Counted from the first letter of the stretch, positions 18,572 to 28,417 are shown. The stretch is DNA of 64,000 bases from Actinomycetota bacterium (GCA_039185545.1 JBCDAK010000001.1:3652-67651); one strand, 5' to 3'. Notes: generated from the sequence alone by a model not told the origin. A program made the numbers and translations.

Positions 18572-19114
18572 ATGGGCGGGCTCGGCGACCACGATCCGGC
18601 GCGGGCCCTACGCGCCGACGCCGCCCGGTGGCTCGTACCGCAACAGTTCGGCGATCCGGCGGCGGTGACGCCGCTGGTGCTGCTCAAGCTCCTCGTCCGG
18701 CACCCACCTCTCCGCGCGATGGCCTGGTTCCGGCTCGGGAGCCTGTGCTCCCATCGCGGGGTCCGGGGGGTTCCCTCGTGGGTCCAGCGTCGCCTGCTCC
18801 GCCTCTACGGCCTCGAGCTGGCGGTCGGGGCGTCGATCGGCGGCGGCCTCTACATCGCTCATCCGGTCGGATGTGTGCTGAATGCCGAGTCGATCGGTGA
18901 CGACGTCACGGTGATCTCGCAGGTCACGTTCGGGACCCGCACCGACGGACGATGGCCGCGTGTGGCCGACCGGGCTTTCTTCGGTGCCGGTGCTCGCATC
19001 CTCGGTGGGATCGAGATCGGCGAGGAGGCTCAGATCGGGGCCAACGCCGTGGTCCTCGACGACGTGGCCCCGGGGTCGGTCGTCGTCGGCGTCCCCGCGC
19101 GGCCGGTGGCGTGA
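18572..19114 (+). CDS. CysE/WcaB-like hexapeptide O-acetyltransferase
   Basis: IGGGLYIAHPVG, IGDDVTV.SQVTFG, GAGARILGGIEIG, IGANAVV, VGVPAR. It lacks the large N-terminal domain of true CysE. Confidence 0.88.
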   Translation: MGGLGDHDPARALRADAARWLVPQQFGDPAAVTPLVLLKLLVRHPPLRAMAWFRLGSLCSHRGVRGVPSWVQRRLLRLYGLELAVGASIGGGLYIAHPVGCVLNAESIGDDVTVISQVTFGTRTDGRWPRVADRAFFGAGARILGGIEIGEEAQIGANAVVLDDVAPGSVVVGVPARPVA

Positions 19115-20382
19115 TGGCCGGACGGCTGCTGTCGGCCTGCGGATCGGGACTCCGGGGAGGGCTCGGTGCGCTCGGGTTCGCCTCCGCGACCGCGGTCGCC
19201 GTCCCCGCGACCTATCTCGCAACGCTCACGGCGCTCGGTCTGGCTCGCAACGGGTCGGCGTCGATCGGTTCGGACTCGTCGTCGGGTCGCGCACGGGTGC
19301 CGCGACGCATCGCCGTCTGTGTTCCCGCTCACGACGAGGAGGCCGTCATCGTCGAGACGATCAGCGCGTTGATGGCGCAGGACTACCCGGACGACCGCTT
19401 CGAGGTGCACGTGGTCGCCGACAACTGCTCCGACGCGACCGTCGAGCTGGCCAGGAGGGCCGGAGCCACGGCCCACGATCGTCGGGCTCCCGACGATCCC
19501 GGCAAGGGAGCGGCGCTCAACTGGCTGCACGATCGACTCGACGGGTTCGACGCATTCGTCATCGTCGACGCCGACACCCTCGTCGAACGCAACTTCCTGA
19601 CCGAGATCGATCGTGCGCTCGATCGCGGACATCGGGTCGTGCAGGGTTTCTACGGCGTGCTCGAACCCGAGCAGTCGCCGGCGGTCGCGCTGCGGTACGC
19701 GGCGCTCGCCGCGCGACATCACCTCCGTCCACTCGGCCGCCGGGCGCTGGGTGGGTCGTGCGGATTGTTCGGCAACGGCATGGCGTTCGACGCGTCGGTG
19801 CTCGAGACCCGGCGATGGTCGGGGCACCTCGTCGAGGACGCCGAGTTCCAGCTCGAACTGCTCCTCGACGGCGAGATCGTCGACTACGCACCCAGCGCCC
19901 GGCTGGCCGCCGAGATGCCGACGTCACTCGACGAGTCCGAGACGCAACACCAGCGGTGGGAGCTCGGACGTGCGCAGATCGCCCAACGATTCCTTCCCGA
20001 GCTGGTCCGACTGATCGGGAGAGGTGGATCACGCCCTCGACGTGTCTACCTCGACGCGGCGCTCGACCAGGTCACACCACCCATCTCGGCTCTCGCGGCG
20101 GCGAACGGCGCCGTCACCGTCCTCGGTCTCGTGTCGTGGGTCGCCGGTGCCCGGACGGGCCGCCTCGTGACAGCGGTCGGGATCGGATCGATCGGCGTCC
20201 TCGGTGTCCACACGGTCGCCGCACTGCGCTCGGTCGGGGCGCCCACGTCGATGTACCGGGCTCTCGCCGCTGCGCCGCAGCTCGTCGTGTGGAAGCTGGG
20301 CCTCCTCAAGGACGTGTCTCGCCGACCCGATGACGTCTCATGGACCCGGACTCGACGCAATGCGGACACCCGGGTCCGGTGA
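19114..20382 (+). CDS. Glycosyltransferase family 2 (cellulose-synthase-like, membrane-associated)
   Basis: ATG at 19114 coupled to the upstream TGA. Motifs: VPAHDEE, VADNCSD, GKGAALN, DAD, VEDAE, QHQRW (QxxRW). Confidence 0.9.
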   Translation: MAGRLLSACGSGLRGGLGALGFASATAVAVPATYLATLTALGLARNGSASIGSDSSSGRARVPRRIAVCVPAHDEEAVIVETISALMAQDYPDDRFEVHVVADNCSDATVELARRAGATAHDRRAPDDPGKGAALNWLHDRLDGFDAFVIVDADTLVERNFLTEIDRALDRGHRVVQGFYGVLEPEQSPAVALRYAALAARHHLRPLGRRALGGSCGLFGNGMAFDASVLETRRWSGHLVEDAEFQLELLLDGEIVDYAPSARLAAEMPTSLDESETQHQRWELGRAQIAQRFLPELVRLIGRGGSRPRRVYLDAALDQVTPPISALAAANGAVTVLGLVSWVAGARTGRLVTAVGIGSIGVLGVHTVAALRSVGAPTSMYRALAAAPQLVVWKLGLLKDVSRRPDDVSWTRTRRNADTRVR

Positions 20383-20389
20383 TCCTGCC

Positions 20390-21496
20390 ATGATTCGTGA
20401 CATGCCACTACCCGCCGTGGTCCTCGGGGCCCCGGTCGACCCGCTCACGATGGACTCGTGTCTCGCGCGGATCGGCGACCTCGTCGAGCACGGACGGCGA
20501 ACGGGTCGTGTCCACCAGATCGCCACGATCAACGTCGATTTCCTGGCCAATGCGGTCGACGATCCCGACCTTCTGTCGATCTTCCAGAACTCGTCACTGG
20601 CCCTCGCCGACGGCATGCCGGTGGTCTGGACGGCGAAGATGCTCGGAACGCCGCTCCCCGAGCGTGTCGCAGGAGCCGACCTCGTGCCCCGGATCGCCGT
20701 CGAGTCACGAGAGCGGGGCTGGAAGATCTTGTACTTCGGCGGGATCGGCGACGTCGCCCGGCGCGCCGTCGACAAGATCCGGTCCGAGCACCCCGACGTC
20801 GACGTCGTGGCCCAGGAGGCGCCGATGATCCCCGACGTCGACGACGTCCCGGCCGAGGTTCTCGAACAGATCGCCCAGCACGACGCCGACATCGTGTGCG
20901 TCGGACTCGGCAATCCGAAGCAGGAACGCTTCATCCGCGCGCACGGCGCCGCCTGCGGATCTCCGGTGATGATCGGCGTCGGCGGGTCGTTCGACATGAT
21001 GGTCGGCGACCGGCGGCGGGCGCCGCGCTGGGTGCAACGCACCGGGACGGAGTGGATCTTCCGTGCGTTCCAGGAACCGACGCGGCTCGGTCCTCGCTAC
21101 GCCGACGACGTCAAGATCGCCGGACCTGCACTGTGGCGCTACGTCCGGCACGCGCGGTCGTGTCGGGGAGCGTCAACGCTGACGGTGGTCGTCGACGCAC
21201 AATCCGTCCACGTCCGTCCGGGTCCGTTCGACGCATCGGAGTGGGGAACGACGCTGGCCGGGCTCGATGTCGACCCGTCCCCGCGGTCCGTGTCGATCGA
21301 TCTCGAGGGGGTCGACGCGCTCGCGCCCGAGTCGCACGCCGCCCTCGTGGCGCTCGTCCGAGGGTCGCGCTGTTCGAGCCGGCCCCTCCGCTGTTCCGGT
21401 CGTTCCGCGGCACTCGATCGGTGTCTCGACGGCTACGACACCGGTGTTTGGCTGCGCAGCCAGTGGGCACCCTCGTGCGGTGGAGCGTCGGCGTGA
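20390..21496 (+). CDS. WecB/TagA/CpsF family glycosyltransferase with a C-terminal STAS-like extension
   Basis: TINVD, ADGMPVVW, ERVAGADL, VGLGNPKQE, GVGGSFD, RAPRWVQ..G.EW..R..QEP.RL..RY. The C-terminal ~100 aa is IDLEGVDAL-type. Confidence 0.9.
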   Translation: MIRDMPLPAVVLGAPVDPLTMDSCLARIGDLVEHGRRTGRVHQIATINVDFLANAVDDPDLLSIFQNSSLALADGMPVVWTAKMLGTPLPERVAGADLVPRIAVESRERGWKILYFGGIGDVARRAVDKIRSEHPDVDVVAQEAPMIPDVDDVPAEVLEQIAQHDADIVCVGLGNPKQERFIRAHGAACGSPVMIGVGGSFDMMVGDRRRAPRWVQRTGTEWIFRAFQEPTRLGPRYADDVKIAGPALWRYVRHARSCRGASTLTVVVDAQSVHVRPGPFDASEWGTTLAGLDVDPSPRSVSIDLEGVDALAPESHAALVALVRGSRCSSRPLRCSGRSAALDRCLDGYDTGVWLRSQWAPSCGGASA

Positions 21497-21638
21497 CGTG
21501 TCTCCACCTCGAACCGGCGGGCGCGGCGGCGCGGCGGATTCGTGCTGCTCGACCCGTCGTCCGACCGGCCGAGGCGCCGGAAACCGCCCCATCGATCACC
21601 GCTAGCCTGTCGGCGGCACGCTCACCGAGGAACGAGAC

Positions 21639-22691
21639 ATGACCGACACACAACCCCGCGGCACGTCCGACTTCTCGGCACGCCTGGTCGACAACTTCTT
21701 CCGGCGGTGGCCGCTGTTCCTGCTGCCGATCGCTCTGTTCATGGGCATCGGCGTGCTCACGGCGGCCCGGGCGACGCCCGAGTACACGGTCGAGGCCACG
21801 CTCAGCGCGTCGTCGAACCCGCTGCTCGAGCCGACCGAGATCCGCAACAACACGATCAACGACTTCGAGTCGCCGGCCGAGGGCACCGCCCGCCTCATCA
21901 ACGAGCGGCTGCGGACCGACGCCTTCGTCGACGAGATCGCCGATCGGTCGGGCTTCACCGAGTTGCTCGAGATCGGGCTGCTCGAGCGCGACATCTTCCG
22001 CGAGCAGGTCTTCGCCATCGAGGAGGGTCAGAACTTCCTCACCGTCTCGGCCACCTGGGACGACCCCGAGTCGGCGTTCCTCCTCGTCGACTCCACGGTC
22101 GAGGGCTACCTCGACTACGTCAACGAGATCGTCAGCGGCGACAGCCGCAACGCCGTCATCTTCCTCACCCAGCAGCTCGACGACGCCCGCCAGGAGGTCG
22201 TCGCCGCCGAGGCGGCGTTCGCCGAGTTCAGCGCATCGCTGCCCGAACTGGTGCCGGGCCAGGACCGTCCGCCCGAGGACACGTTCGTGCTCGACCGTCT
22301 CAGCTCGGCCATCACGTCGGCGTCCGAGCGTGTCGACACCATCGAGACCGAGATCGACGCCGCCGAGCTCGCCGGCGAACAGGCCACCAGCGAGGCCGGA
22401 CGTCTCCTGCGCATCGTCGATCCGCCCGTGATCCCCACCGAGCCCGAGTCCCAGCTCCTCAACCAGCTGCTGAGTCTCATGATGTTCACGGTGCTCGGGT
22501 TCCTCGTGGCGATCGCCGCGCTGGTCCTCGTCACCGTGCTCGATCGCACGGTGCGCTCCGAGGAGCAGCTCGCCCGGATCACCGACACCTCGACGGCGGT
22601 CGCCGTCCCCCGCATCAAGGCCCTCCGTGAGTCGAAGCGGGCGGCGAGGCGAGAAGCCAAGCGAGCGAACAAGCGAGAGAAGGCAGCCTGA
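21639..22691 (+). CDS. Wzz/GumC-like polysaccharide co-polymerase (chain-length determinant)
   Basis: TM near each end, a long acidic coiled-coil between them, and a IVDPPVIPTEP motif before TM2. It sits directly upstream of the CpsD-like gene. Confidence 0.8.
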   Translation: MTDTQPRGTSDFSARLVDNFFRRWPLFLLPIALFMGIGVLTAARATPEYTVEATLSASSNPLLEPTEIRNNTINDFESPAEGTARLINERLRTDAFVDEIADRSGFTELLEIGLLERDIFREQVFAIEEGQNFLTVSATWDDPESAFLLVDSTVEGYLDYVNEIVSGDSRNAVIFLTQQLDDARQEVVAAEAAFAEFSASLPELVPGQDRPPEDTFVLDRLSSAITSASERVDTIETEIDAAELAGEQATSEAGRLLRIVDPPVIPTEPESQLLNQLLSLMMFTVLGFLVAIAALVLVTVLDRTVRSEEQLARITDTSTAVAVPRIKALRESKRAARREAKRANKREKAA

Positions 22692-23758
22692 TGGCACGTT
22701 CCCCCCGACGCGTCGCCGAGCGGCAACGCCACGACGACGAGACCGAGCAGACCGAGAGCAGCTCCGCGGCGGAGCCGGCTCCCCGGCGGCGCAACAGCAA
22801 CAGCAGCAGCTCGGCCGGCGCTCGCCAGCGCCGTCGCACCGAGGACGGCGAGACCGGTGGCGGCGGCACGGGCCAGCGATCGTCGCGCTCGAGCCAGAGC
22901 CGGAGGTCCGACAGCGGCGCCCGGAGGACCGCCGAGTCGTCCGACGCCGCCATCTCGACCGATGACCGTCCGGTCCGCAAGCGCCGTCGCGCCGAGGACC
23001 GCGGTGAGGTCGAGCCGCCCGTTCCCATCGACCGGTCGCGTCCCACGCCTGCCCGCCGCACCAGCGACGAGAGCCGCCGTCGCAACTCACCCGCCAAGGT
23101 GCAGGTCGAGGAGATCCGACGCGACTTCGCCCACCCCGAGGTGATCGAGTCGATGCGGTACATCCTCAACCGCCACGAGCTGATCACCCGGCGCTCCGTC
23201 CCGCGGTCGATCGCCGTGGTGTCCGCACTGCACGGCGAAGGGGTCACGACTCTGTCGCTCGCGCTCGCCGAGACCCTCGCACGCGACTTCGAGAGGTCGA
23301 CGTGCTGGATCGACCTCAGCTGGGAAGACGGTCGGAACCAGGCTCTCGACGACGCGCCGATCGGTCTCCGCGAGGTCATCGATCGCGAGGTCGACATCGA
23401 CGAGGCACTCGCTCGCTGCGACGAGACGGGTCTTCGGCTCCTCGCCGCCGGCCGGATCCCGCCGCGGGACCGCCACCGGCTCGCTCGGTCGGGAGCCCTC
23501 GATCGGCTCATCGAGGATCTCGGGCAGCGCTTCGAGACGGTCGTGTTCGACTCGCCGCCCGTCCTCACCACCAACGACTCGCTGGCCGTCGTGCGCCACG
23601 CCGAGTCGCACCTGCTCATCACCAAATGCGGATCCACCTCGGCGTCCCAGGTCAAGGCCGCCGCCGCTGAGCTCGAGCGCGTCCCGCAGCTCGGTGTGGT
23701 GCTCAATCAGTTCCGTACTCGGACCCCGAAGTCGATTCGCCGGCTCTTCAGCGAGTGA
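22691..23758 (+). CDS. CpsD/CapB-like P-loop protein (BY-kinase-like) with degenerate Walker A and a low-complexity N-terminus
   Basis: IAVVSALHGEGVTT, Walker B VVFDSPP, GVVLN. TGATG coupling with the upstream gene. Confidence 0.8.
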   Translation: MARSPRRVAERQRHDDETEQTESSSAAEPAPRRRNSNSSSSAGARQRRRTEDGETGGGGTGQRSSRSSQSRRSDSGARRTAESSDAAISTDDRPVRKRRRAEDRGEVEPPVPIDRSRPTPARRTSDESRRRNSPAKVQVEEIRRDFAHPEVIESMRYILNRHELITRRSVPRSIAVVSALHGEGVTTLSLALAETLARDFERSTCWIDLSWEDGRNQALDDAPIGLREVIDREVDIDEALARCDETGLRLLAAGRIPPRDRHRLARSGALDRLIEDLGQRFETVVFDSPPVLTTNDSLAVVRHAESHLLITKCGSTSASQVKAAAAELERVPQLGVVLNQFRTRTPKSIRRLFSE

Positions 23759-23789
23759 CGCCGGGAGCCGACTCGACCCCTCGCCGCCC

Positions 23790-23936
23790 ATGCAGGTCCT
23801 GCTGCTGTTCCTCCTGACCGCATTCATCATCGGAGGAACATCTCTCGGAACACCGATCCGGCGGCGCCCCTGGCTCCTGTTCGCCGGATGTAGTGTCGCC
23901 GCAGCGATGTACTACAGCATCCGGGTGGTCCAATGA
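23790..23936 (+). CDS. Small (48 aa) two-hydrophobic-segment membrane protein
   Basis: MQVLLLFLLTAFIIGG...WLLFAGCSVAAAMYYSIRVVQ. It fills the gap in the operon and its stop overlaps the next start (ATGA, 23933-23936). Confidence 0.6.
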   Translation: MQVLLLFLLTAFIIGGTSLGTPIRRRPWLLFAGCSVAAAMYYSIRVVQ

Positions 23937-25561
23937 GCGTCGTCGAACTGTCGCCGACCGGCCGCGGGTCGATCGACATCAAGTCGACCGACACGCAGGG
24001 GCGTCGCAACCGCCGCCAGTGGTGGGTGGCCTATGCCATCGTGATGCTCGGCGGTCTGTTCGTGGCCGCCATCGCGTACCAGCGGTCGTATCAGCTGTAC
24101 CTCGGTGTGTCGATGGGCGTGCTGATCCTGCTCATCGTCGCCTGGATCAAGTTCCCCAAGGCCAGTTTCGGGACCACGGTGTTCCTCGCACTGCTGGGTG
24201 ACGGGGTCACGGTCGCGTGGTGGCCGTTCACCAAGAACCTGTCGAGCCGCGAGTCGATCTTCTTCCTGTCCGACGGCGTGTCGCTGAGACCCGTGGAGAT
24301 CGTGGTGCTCGCCGCGCTCGCGGCGACGGCGTATCGCAACATGGCTCGGATCGGCAGACCCTTCGTGAAGGCGCCGCTCGTGTGGCCCGTCCTGGCGTTT
24401 CTGGGCCTGATCGCGATCGGGCTGTACACCGGTCTGTCGAAGGGCGGCGACATGCGGGTCGCCATCTTCGAGAGTCGGCCGCTCATCCTTCTGCCGCTCG
24501 CGTACATCCTCGCGATCAACACGCTCGAGACCCGGACCGACTACCGGCGGGTCTACTGGGTGGCGCTCACGGCGATCGTCATCCAGTCGCTGCTGTCGCT
24601 GCAGTACTACAGCAACCTGGCACTCGCTGAGCGTGAGCAGCTCGAGGCGCTCACCGAACACGGTGCGGCGATCGGCATGAATCTGCTGTTCGTGTTCCTG
24701 ATCCTCGCCATGGCCACGTACGGAGTGGCCAAACGGGTGCGGTTCACCCTCCTCGCCGCATCGGTCCCGGTGATCGTCGCGTACCTGATCTCCCAGCGGC
24801 GTGCGGCGGTGGTCGCCTTGGCCATCGCGCTCGTCATGTTCGCCGTCACGCTGTTCTGGCGTCAGCGGCGCACGTTCTGGAAGGTCGTTCCGTTCGCGGT
24901 CATCGTCACCGTCGGCTACCTCGGTGCGTTCTGGAACTCCGAGTCCTCGGCCGGATTCCCCGCCCAGGCGGTCAAGACCGTGGTCTCGCCCGACCAGGCG
25001 TCGGAGAAGGACCAGAGCTCCAACCTTTACCGAGACATCGAGAACTTCAACCTGTCGTTCACGATCCGCGCCGAGCCGGTGTTGGGGCAGGGGTTCGGGC
25101 GTCCGTTCCTGCGCCCGCTCCCGCTCCCCGACATCAGCCAGTTCGAGTTCCACGAGTATCTGCCGCACAACTCGCTGCTGTGGTTGTGGATCAAGATGGG
25201 ATATCTGGGTCTCGGCGTGATGCTGTACATCATCGGCCGCAGCATCGTGCAGGGCGTGTCGAGATTCAGACGCGTGCCGGCCGGGATCGACAGCGTGGTG
25301 GCGTTGAGCGCCGTGTTCTTCGTGGTGATGTTCACCGTGTTCCTGTACGTCGACATCGCGTGGGAGTCGCGCAACGTCATCCTGATGGCGGTGTCGATGG
25401 CGCTCTGTACGGGCCCGTTGCGCAAGGCCGACGACGAGCCCGACCCGACCATCGACGACGACGCACGGCTCCGCCCGGTCGACCCGGCATCGCTCGAGAC
25501 CCCGGTCGAGCAGCTGCGGCTGGTCCCCGGCGGCTCTCGTTCGGCGTCGGCGGTCCGCTGA
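23933..25561 (+). CDS. Wzy polymerase / O-antigen ligase family membrane protein
   Basis: About 12 TM segments; SQRRAA motif, a large extracytoplasmic loop, GQGFG and PHNSLLWLWIKMG (Wzy_C HN motif). Confidence 0.85.
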   Translation: MSVVELSPTGRGSIDIKSTDTQGRRNRRQWWVAYAIVMLGGLFVAAIAYQRSYQLYLGVSMGVLILLIVAWIKFPKASFGTTVFLALLGDGVTVAWWPFTKNLSSRESIFFLSDGVSLRPVEIVVLAALAATAYRNMARIGRPFVKAPLVWPVLAFLGLIAIGLYTGLSKGGDMRVAIFESRPLILLPLAYILAINTLETRTDYRRVYWVALTAIVIQSLLSLQYYSNLALAEREQLEALTEHGAAIGMNLLFVFLILAMATYGVAKRVRFTLLAASVPVIVAYLISQRRAAVVALAIALVMFAVTLFWRQRRTFWKVVPFAVIVTVGYLGAFWNSESSAGFPAQAVKTVVSPDQASEKDQSSNLYRDIENFNLSFTIRAEPVLGQGFGRPFLRPLPLPDISQFEFHEYLPHNSLLWLWIKMGYLGLGVMLYIIGRSIVQGVSRFRRVPAGIDSVVALSAVFFVVMFTVFLYVDIAWESRNVILMAVSMALCTGPLRKADDEPDPTIDDDARLRPVDPASLETPVEQLRLVPGGSRSASAVR

Positions 25562-25595
25562 CCCATCGAGGGCGTCGGCCGACGCGTCGAACGTG

Positions 25596-26675
25596 TCAGT
25601 CGGCGAGCTCGGCGACCGCCGCGACCGATCGGGCCAGACGCTCGGCGTACACGTCGATGTCGGCGTGGGCGACGACCCACCGTCGTGCCTCGTCGCCGAG
25701 TCGTCGCCGTTCCGCGTCGTCGTCGATCAGGTCGACGATGGCGGATCGGAGGGCCTCGACGTCCGCCGGGGGGACGTACCGGCCGGTCGACCCCTCGACG
25801 ATCGTGTCGGTCTGGCCTGTTGTGCGCGTGCAGACCACCGCTCGCGACATCGCCATGGCCTCGAGGATCGTGGTGATGCCCGCCTGGAACTCGACCTCGA
25901 CGAGCGGCATCACGACGAATGCCGAGCGGGCGTAGAGTTCGCGCAGTTCGAACAGGTCGAGCCGTCGGATCTCGACGTTGTCGGGGATGTGCTGTCCCTC
26001 GGTGGAGTCGGCCTTGGTCGACCACGGGCTGGCGGCCGCGATGACCACGTCGACGTCGAGGCCCTCGACCGCTGCGAGCAGCGTCGGGTAGTCGCGCCGC
26101 TCGAGTCCCGCACTCGAGATCACCGGCCGTCCGCCCTCGGCCGGTGTGGCGACCTCGGACTCCGCGAAGAAGTCGGTGTCGACCATGAAGGTGGTCAGCT
26201 CGACCCGGTCGGCGTCGACGCCCACGTCGTCGCGGATGATCTCGGCCTGGCGTGAGCTGTACACGAGCCAACGGTCGATCGCCCGGGCCAGACCGCCGAA
26301 CCGGATCACCCTCCGCTTCGGGCTGGTCGACACGATGTGCACGATCATGGCGTGCTGCGGTCGACGTCGGGCGAGGCGGCACAGTGCAGCGAATGGCAGA
26401 CCGACCTGTTCGCCGTCGGTGAGGATCACGTCGTATCGGGACCGGTGCCTCCAGCAGTACCACGCGAGGAGTGGGCCGGGTCCTGAGCGTTCGAGCAGAC
26501 GTCCGAAGGGACCGGACGCGCGTCGGGCCTCGACCGTGTCGACCACGTCGGCGCCCATGGCGTCGGCCATGACGCGGTAGTCGGCGCGCGGTCGACGTCG
26601 ATCGGCGACGTCGGCGTCGAGTGTCTCGGGGATGGGACCCGAGACCGTGAGCAGGACCCGCGGGCGGTCACCCAC
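25596..26675 (-). CDS. Glycosyltransferase family 4
   Basis: SAGLERRDY, FVVMPL...FQAGITTILEAMAMSRAVV, VPPAD. Confidence 0.9.
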   Translation of the reverse strand: MGDRPRVLLTVSGPIPETLDADVADRRRPRADYRVMADAMGADVVDTVEARRASGPFGRLLERSGPGPLLAWYCWRHRSRYDVILTDGEQVGLPFAALCRLARRRPQHAMIVHIVSTSPKRRVIRFGGLARAIDRWLVYSSRQAEIIRDDVGVDADRVELTTFMVDTDFFAESEVATPAEGGRPVISSAGLERRDYPTLLAAVEGLDVDVVIAAASPWSTKADSTEGQHIPDNVEIRRLDLFELRELYARSAFVVMPLVEVEFQAGITTILEAMAMSRAVVCTRTTGQTDTIVEGSTGRYVPPADVEALRSAIVDLIDDDAERRRLGDEARRWVVAHADIDVYAERLARSVAAVAELAD

Positions 26676-28278
26676 CCGCCGCCACCTCGACGCGGTTGAT
26701 CGAGTACGGGGTGAACGTGAGCTCGAACGAGTCGCTGTCGAGATCGGTCGCCTCGGTGCTCGACTCGGTCATCTCCTGGGCGTCGAGCGTGGGCGCCGAC
26801 GAGGTCTCGACGGACACGGACACCGACGGGGCGCCGTCGACCGAGAACGATCGAGCGACGGGGGCGTCGGTCGGGTTGAGCACGATGACACTCCACGTCC
26901 CGTCGTCGCGCAGCGTCGGGTACACCGCCAACTCGCCGGCGTCGTCGACCGGGTGCAGCTCGTCGCCGGTGGCGGTCCAGTGCGCGAATGCCGAGAACGT
27001 CGGCAGTCGTTCGTTCGTCTCGAGGCTGATCAGTCCGTAGTCGGCTCCGGTGTCGGCCGCTCCGTTGGCGAGGTTCCAGTGGTTCGCGATCGGGATCTCG
27101 CGGGTGACCATCTGACCGAGCGTGTCGGCGATGAACAGGGCGTTCGCGGCCGAGGTCATCGATCGCTCGGTGTCGCCGTCGATGAAGCTGATGAGGTTGT
27201 ACTCGGTGATCGCGATGGGCACGTCGGCGGGCAGCACTGCCCGGACCTCGTCGATGATGGTCGGCCACATCTCCTCGGCGCGTCCGACGGCGGTCTCGGG
27301 TGCGGGGGACTCGTCGAAGCCGTAGTCGTGCACGATGTAGAAGTCGAGTTCCTCGCCTGCCGAGAAGATGACCTCGTTGCCCCAGTTGCCCCACTCGTCG
27401 GGCTCGCCGACGCCGACGGCGCCGACCTGGATCGTCGGGTCGACCCCGAGCATGGCCTCCCGGATGGCCAGGAAGCCGTCGTTGTCGTCGTCGCCGACGA
27501 CGTACTCGGCTCCGTCGCACGTCCACACGTCTTCCCAGCCGAAACTCGGACACTCGCTGCCGCCGGCATCGGGTCGTCCGCCGTAGACCTCGTTGCCGAC
27601 CTCCCACAGGTCGATCCGCACGGGGTCGGCCAGACCCTTGGCGGCCCGGAGCTCGGCCCAGTTGCCGACCGTTCCCCAGTCTCGGCCGTCGCGATCGATA
27701 CCGATCTCGGTCTCGTCCTCGACGTCGCCGTTGAAGAACGAGACCAACGCAGCCGCGGACTGTGCCGTCTCGTTGATCGACACCGTCCAGATGCCCGGGA
27801 TCTCGGTGTCGAGCATGAACTGCGCGAAGTCGCTCGGGGTCGCCGCCCACGGCCAGAAGCAGTCGTCGGGATCGCCCCACTCGCATCCCGACCAGCTGTA
27901 CGAGTTGCTCCAGCTGCCGCCGGGCATCCGGATCAACGTCGTGCCGGACGCAATGGCTTCGCGCTGGAACGCCGGGTCGATGAGCTTGCCCGGCCGGACC
28001 CACGCGGGGACGTTGGTGCCGAAAACACGCGGGTCGATGGCGATGCCGGTCGCGGAGGCGTCGAGCGCGATGTCGGCGGACGCGCCGTCGAGTTCGAGCG
28101 TGCGCGGGGGCTCCGTGGGTGTGGGGGCCGCTGCGCCGTCGTTCTCGGAGGCCGAGGACGCCTCGATGACGATGGAGTCGGCGTCGGCCGGGGGAAGTGG
28201 ATCACGTCCACACGCGGCGGCCACCAGCGCGACGCAGACCACGGCCGGGACGGCCGTCCGGAGGGCGGATCGGTTCAC
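26668..28278 (-). CDS. Lipoprotein glycoside hydrolase, clan GH-A (GH44/51/79-like) with a C-terminal beta-sandwich
   Basis: The likely start is GTG 28278, giving a signal with lipobox VAAAC. FGTN, RMPGG, WEVGNEVY (acid/base) and AITEYN (nucleophile). Confidence 0.8.
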   Translation of the reverse strand: MNRSALRTAVPAVVCVALVAAACGRDPLPPADADSIVIEASSASENDGAAAPTPTEPPRTLELDGASADIALDASATGIAIDPRVFGTNVPAWVRPGKLIDPAFQREAIASGTTLIRMPGGSWSNSYSWSGCEWGDPDDCFWPWAATPSDFAQFMLDTEIPGIWTVSINETAQSAAALVSFFNGDVEDETEIGIDRDGRDWGTVGNWAELRAAKGLADPVRIDLWEVGNEVYGGRPDAGGSECPSFGWEDVWTCDGAEYVVGDDDNDGFLAIREAMLGVDPTIQVGAVGVGEPDEWGNWGNEVIFSAGEELDFYIVHDYGFDESPAPETAVGRAEEMWPTIIDEVRAVLPADVPIAITEYNLISFIDGDTERSMTSAANALFIADTLGQMVTREIPIANHWNLANGAADTGADYGLISLETNERLPTFSAFAHWTATGDELHPVDDAGELAVYPTLRDDGTWSVIVLNPTDAPVARSFSVDGAPSVSVSVETSSAPTLDAQEMTESSTEATDLDSDSFELTFTPYSINRVEVAAGG

Positions 28279-28417
28279 GATTCGCCGAATGTAGCGGCCT
28301 CGCCGGGATGCCGTGGGTCGCTTCCGGTGCACCGGTCGCTCGATCGGCTCGGCTCGGATCACCTCGGAGAGCGCGACGTGCGCACGATCCGTCCACATCT
28401 CTCGTAGGGTTCGGCCG

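Noticed and set aside
16270-18687. N-terminal ~800 aa of the 1220-aa minus-strand ORF 15025..18687
   Set aside because: Arg/Pro-rich shadow overlapping the decarboxylase and acyltransferase genes. Only 15025-16269 has ATP-grasp motifs and a coupled start.
18572-19114. Calling this gene cysE and linking it to the sulfur module
   Set aside because: It lacks the CysE N-terminal domain and is coupled to a GT2, like WcaB-type polysaccharide acetyltransferases.
25572-25585. 14-bp perfect palindrome gcgtcggccgacgc between convergent genes
   Set aside because: No loop and all-GC-type sequence, likely by chance in this composition; insufficient to call a terminator.
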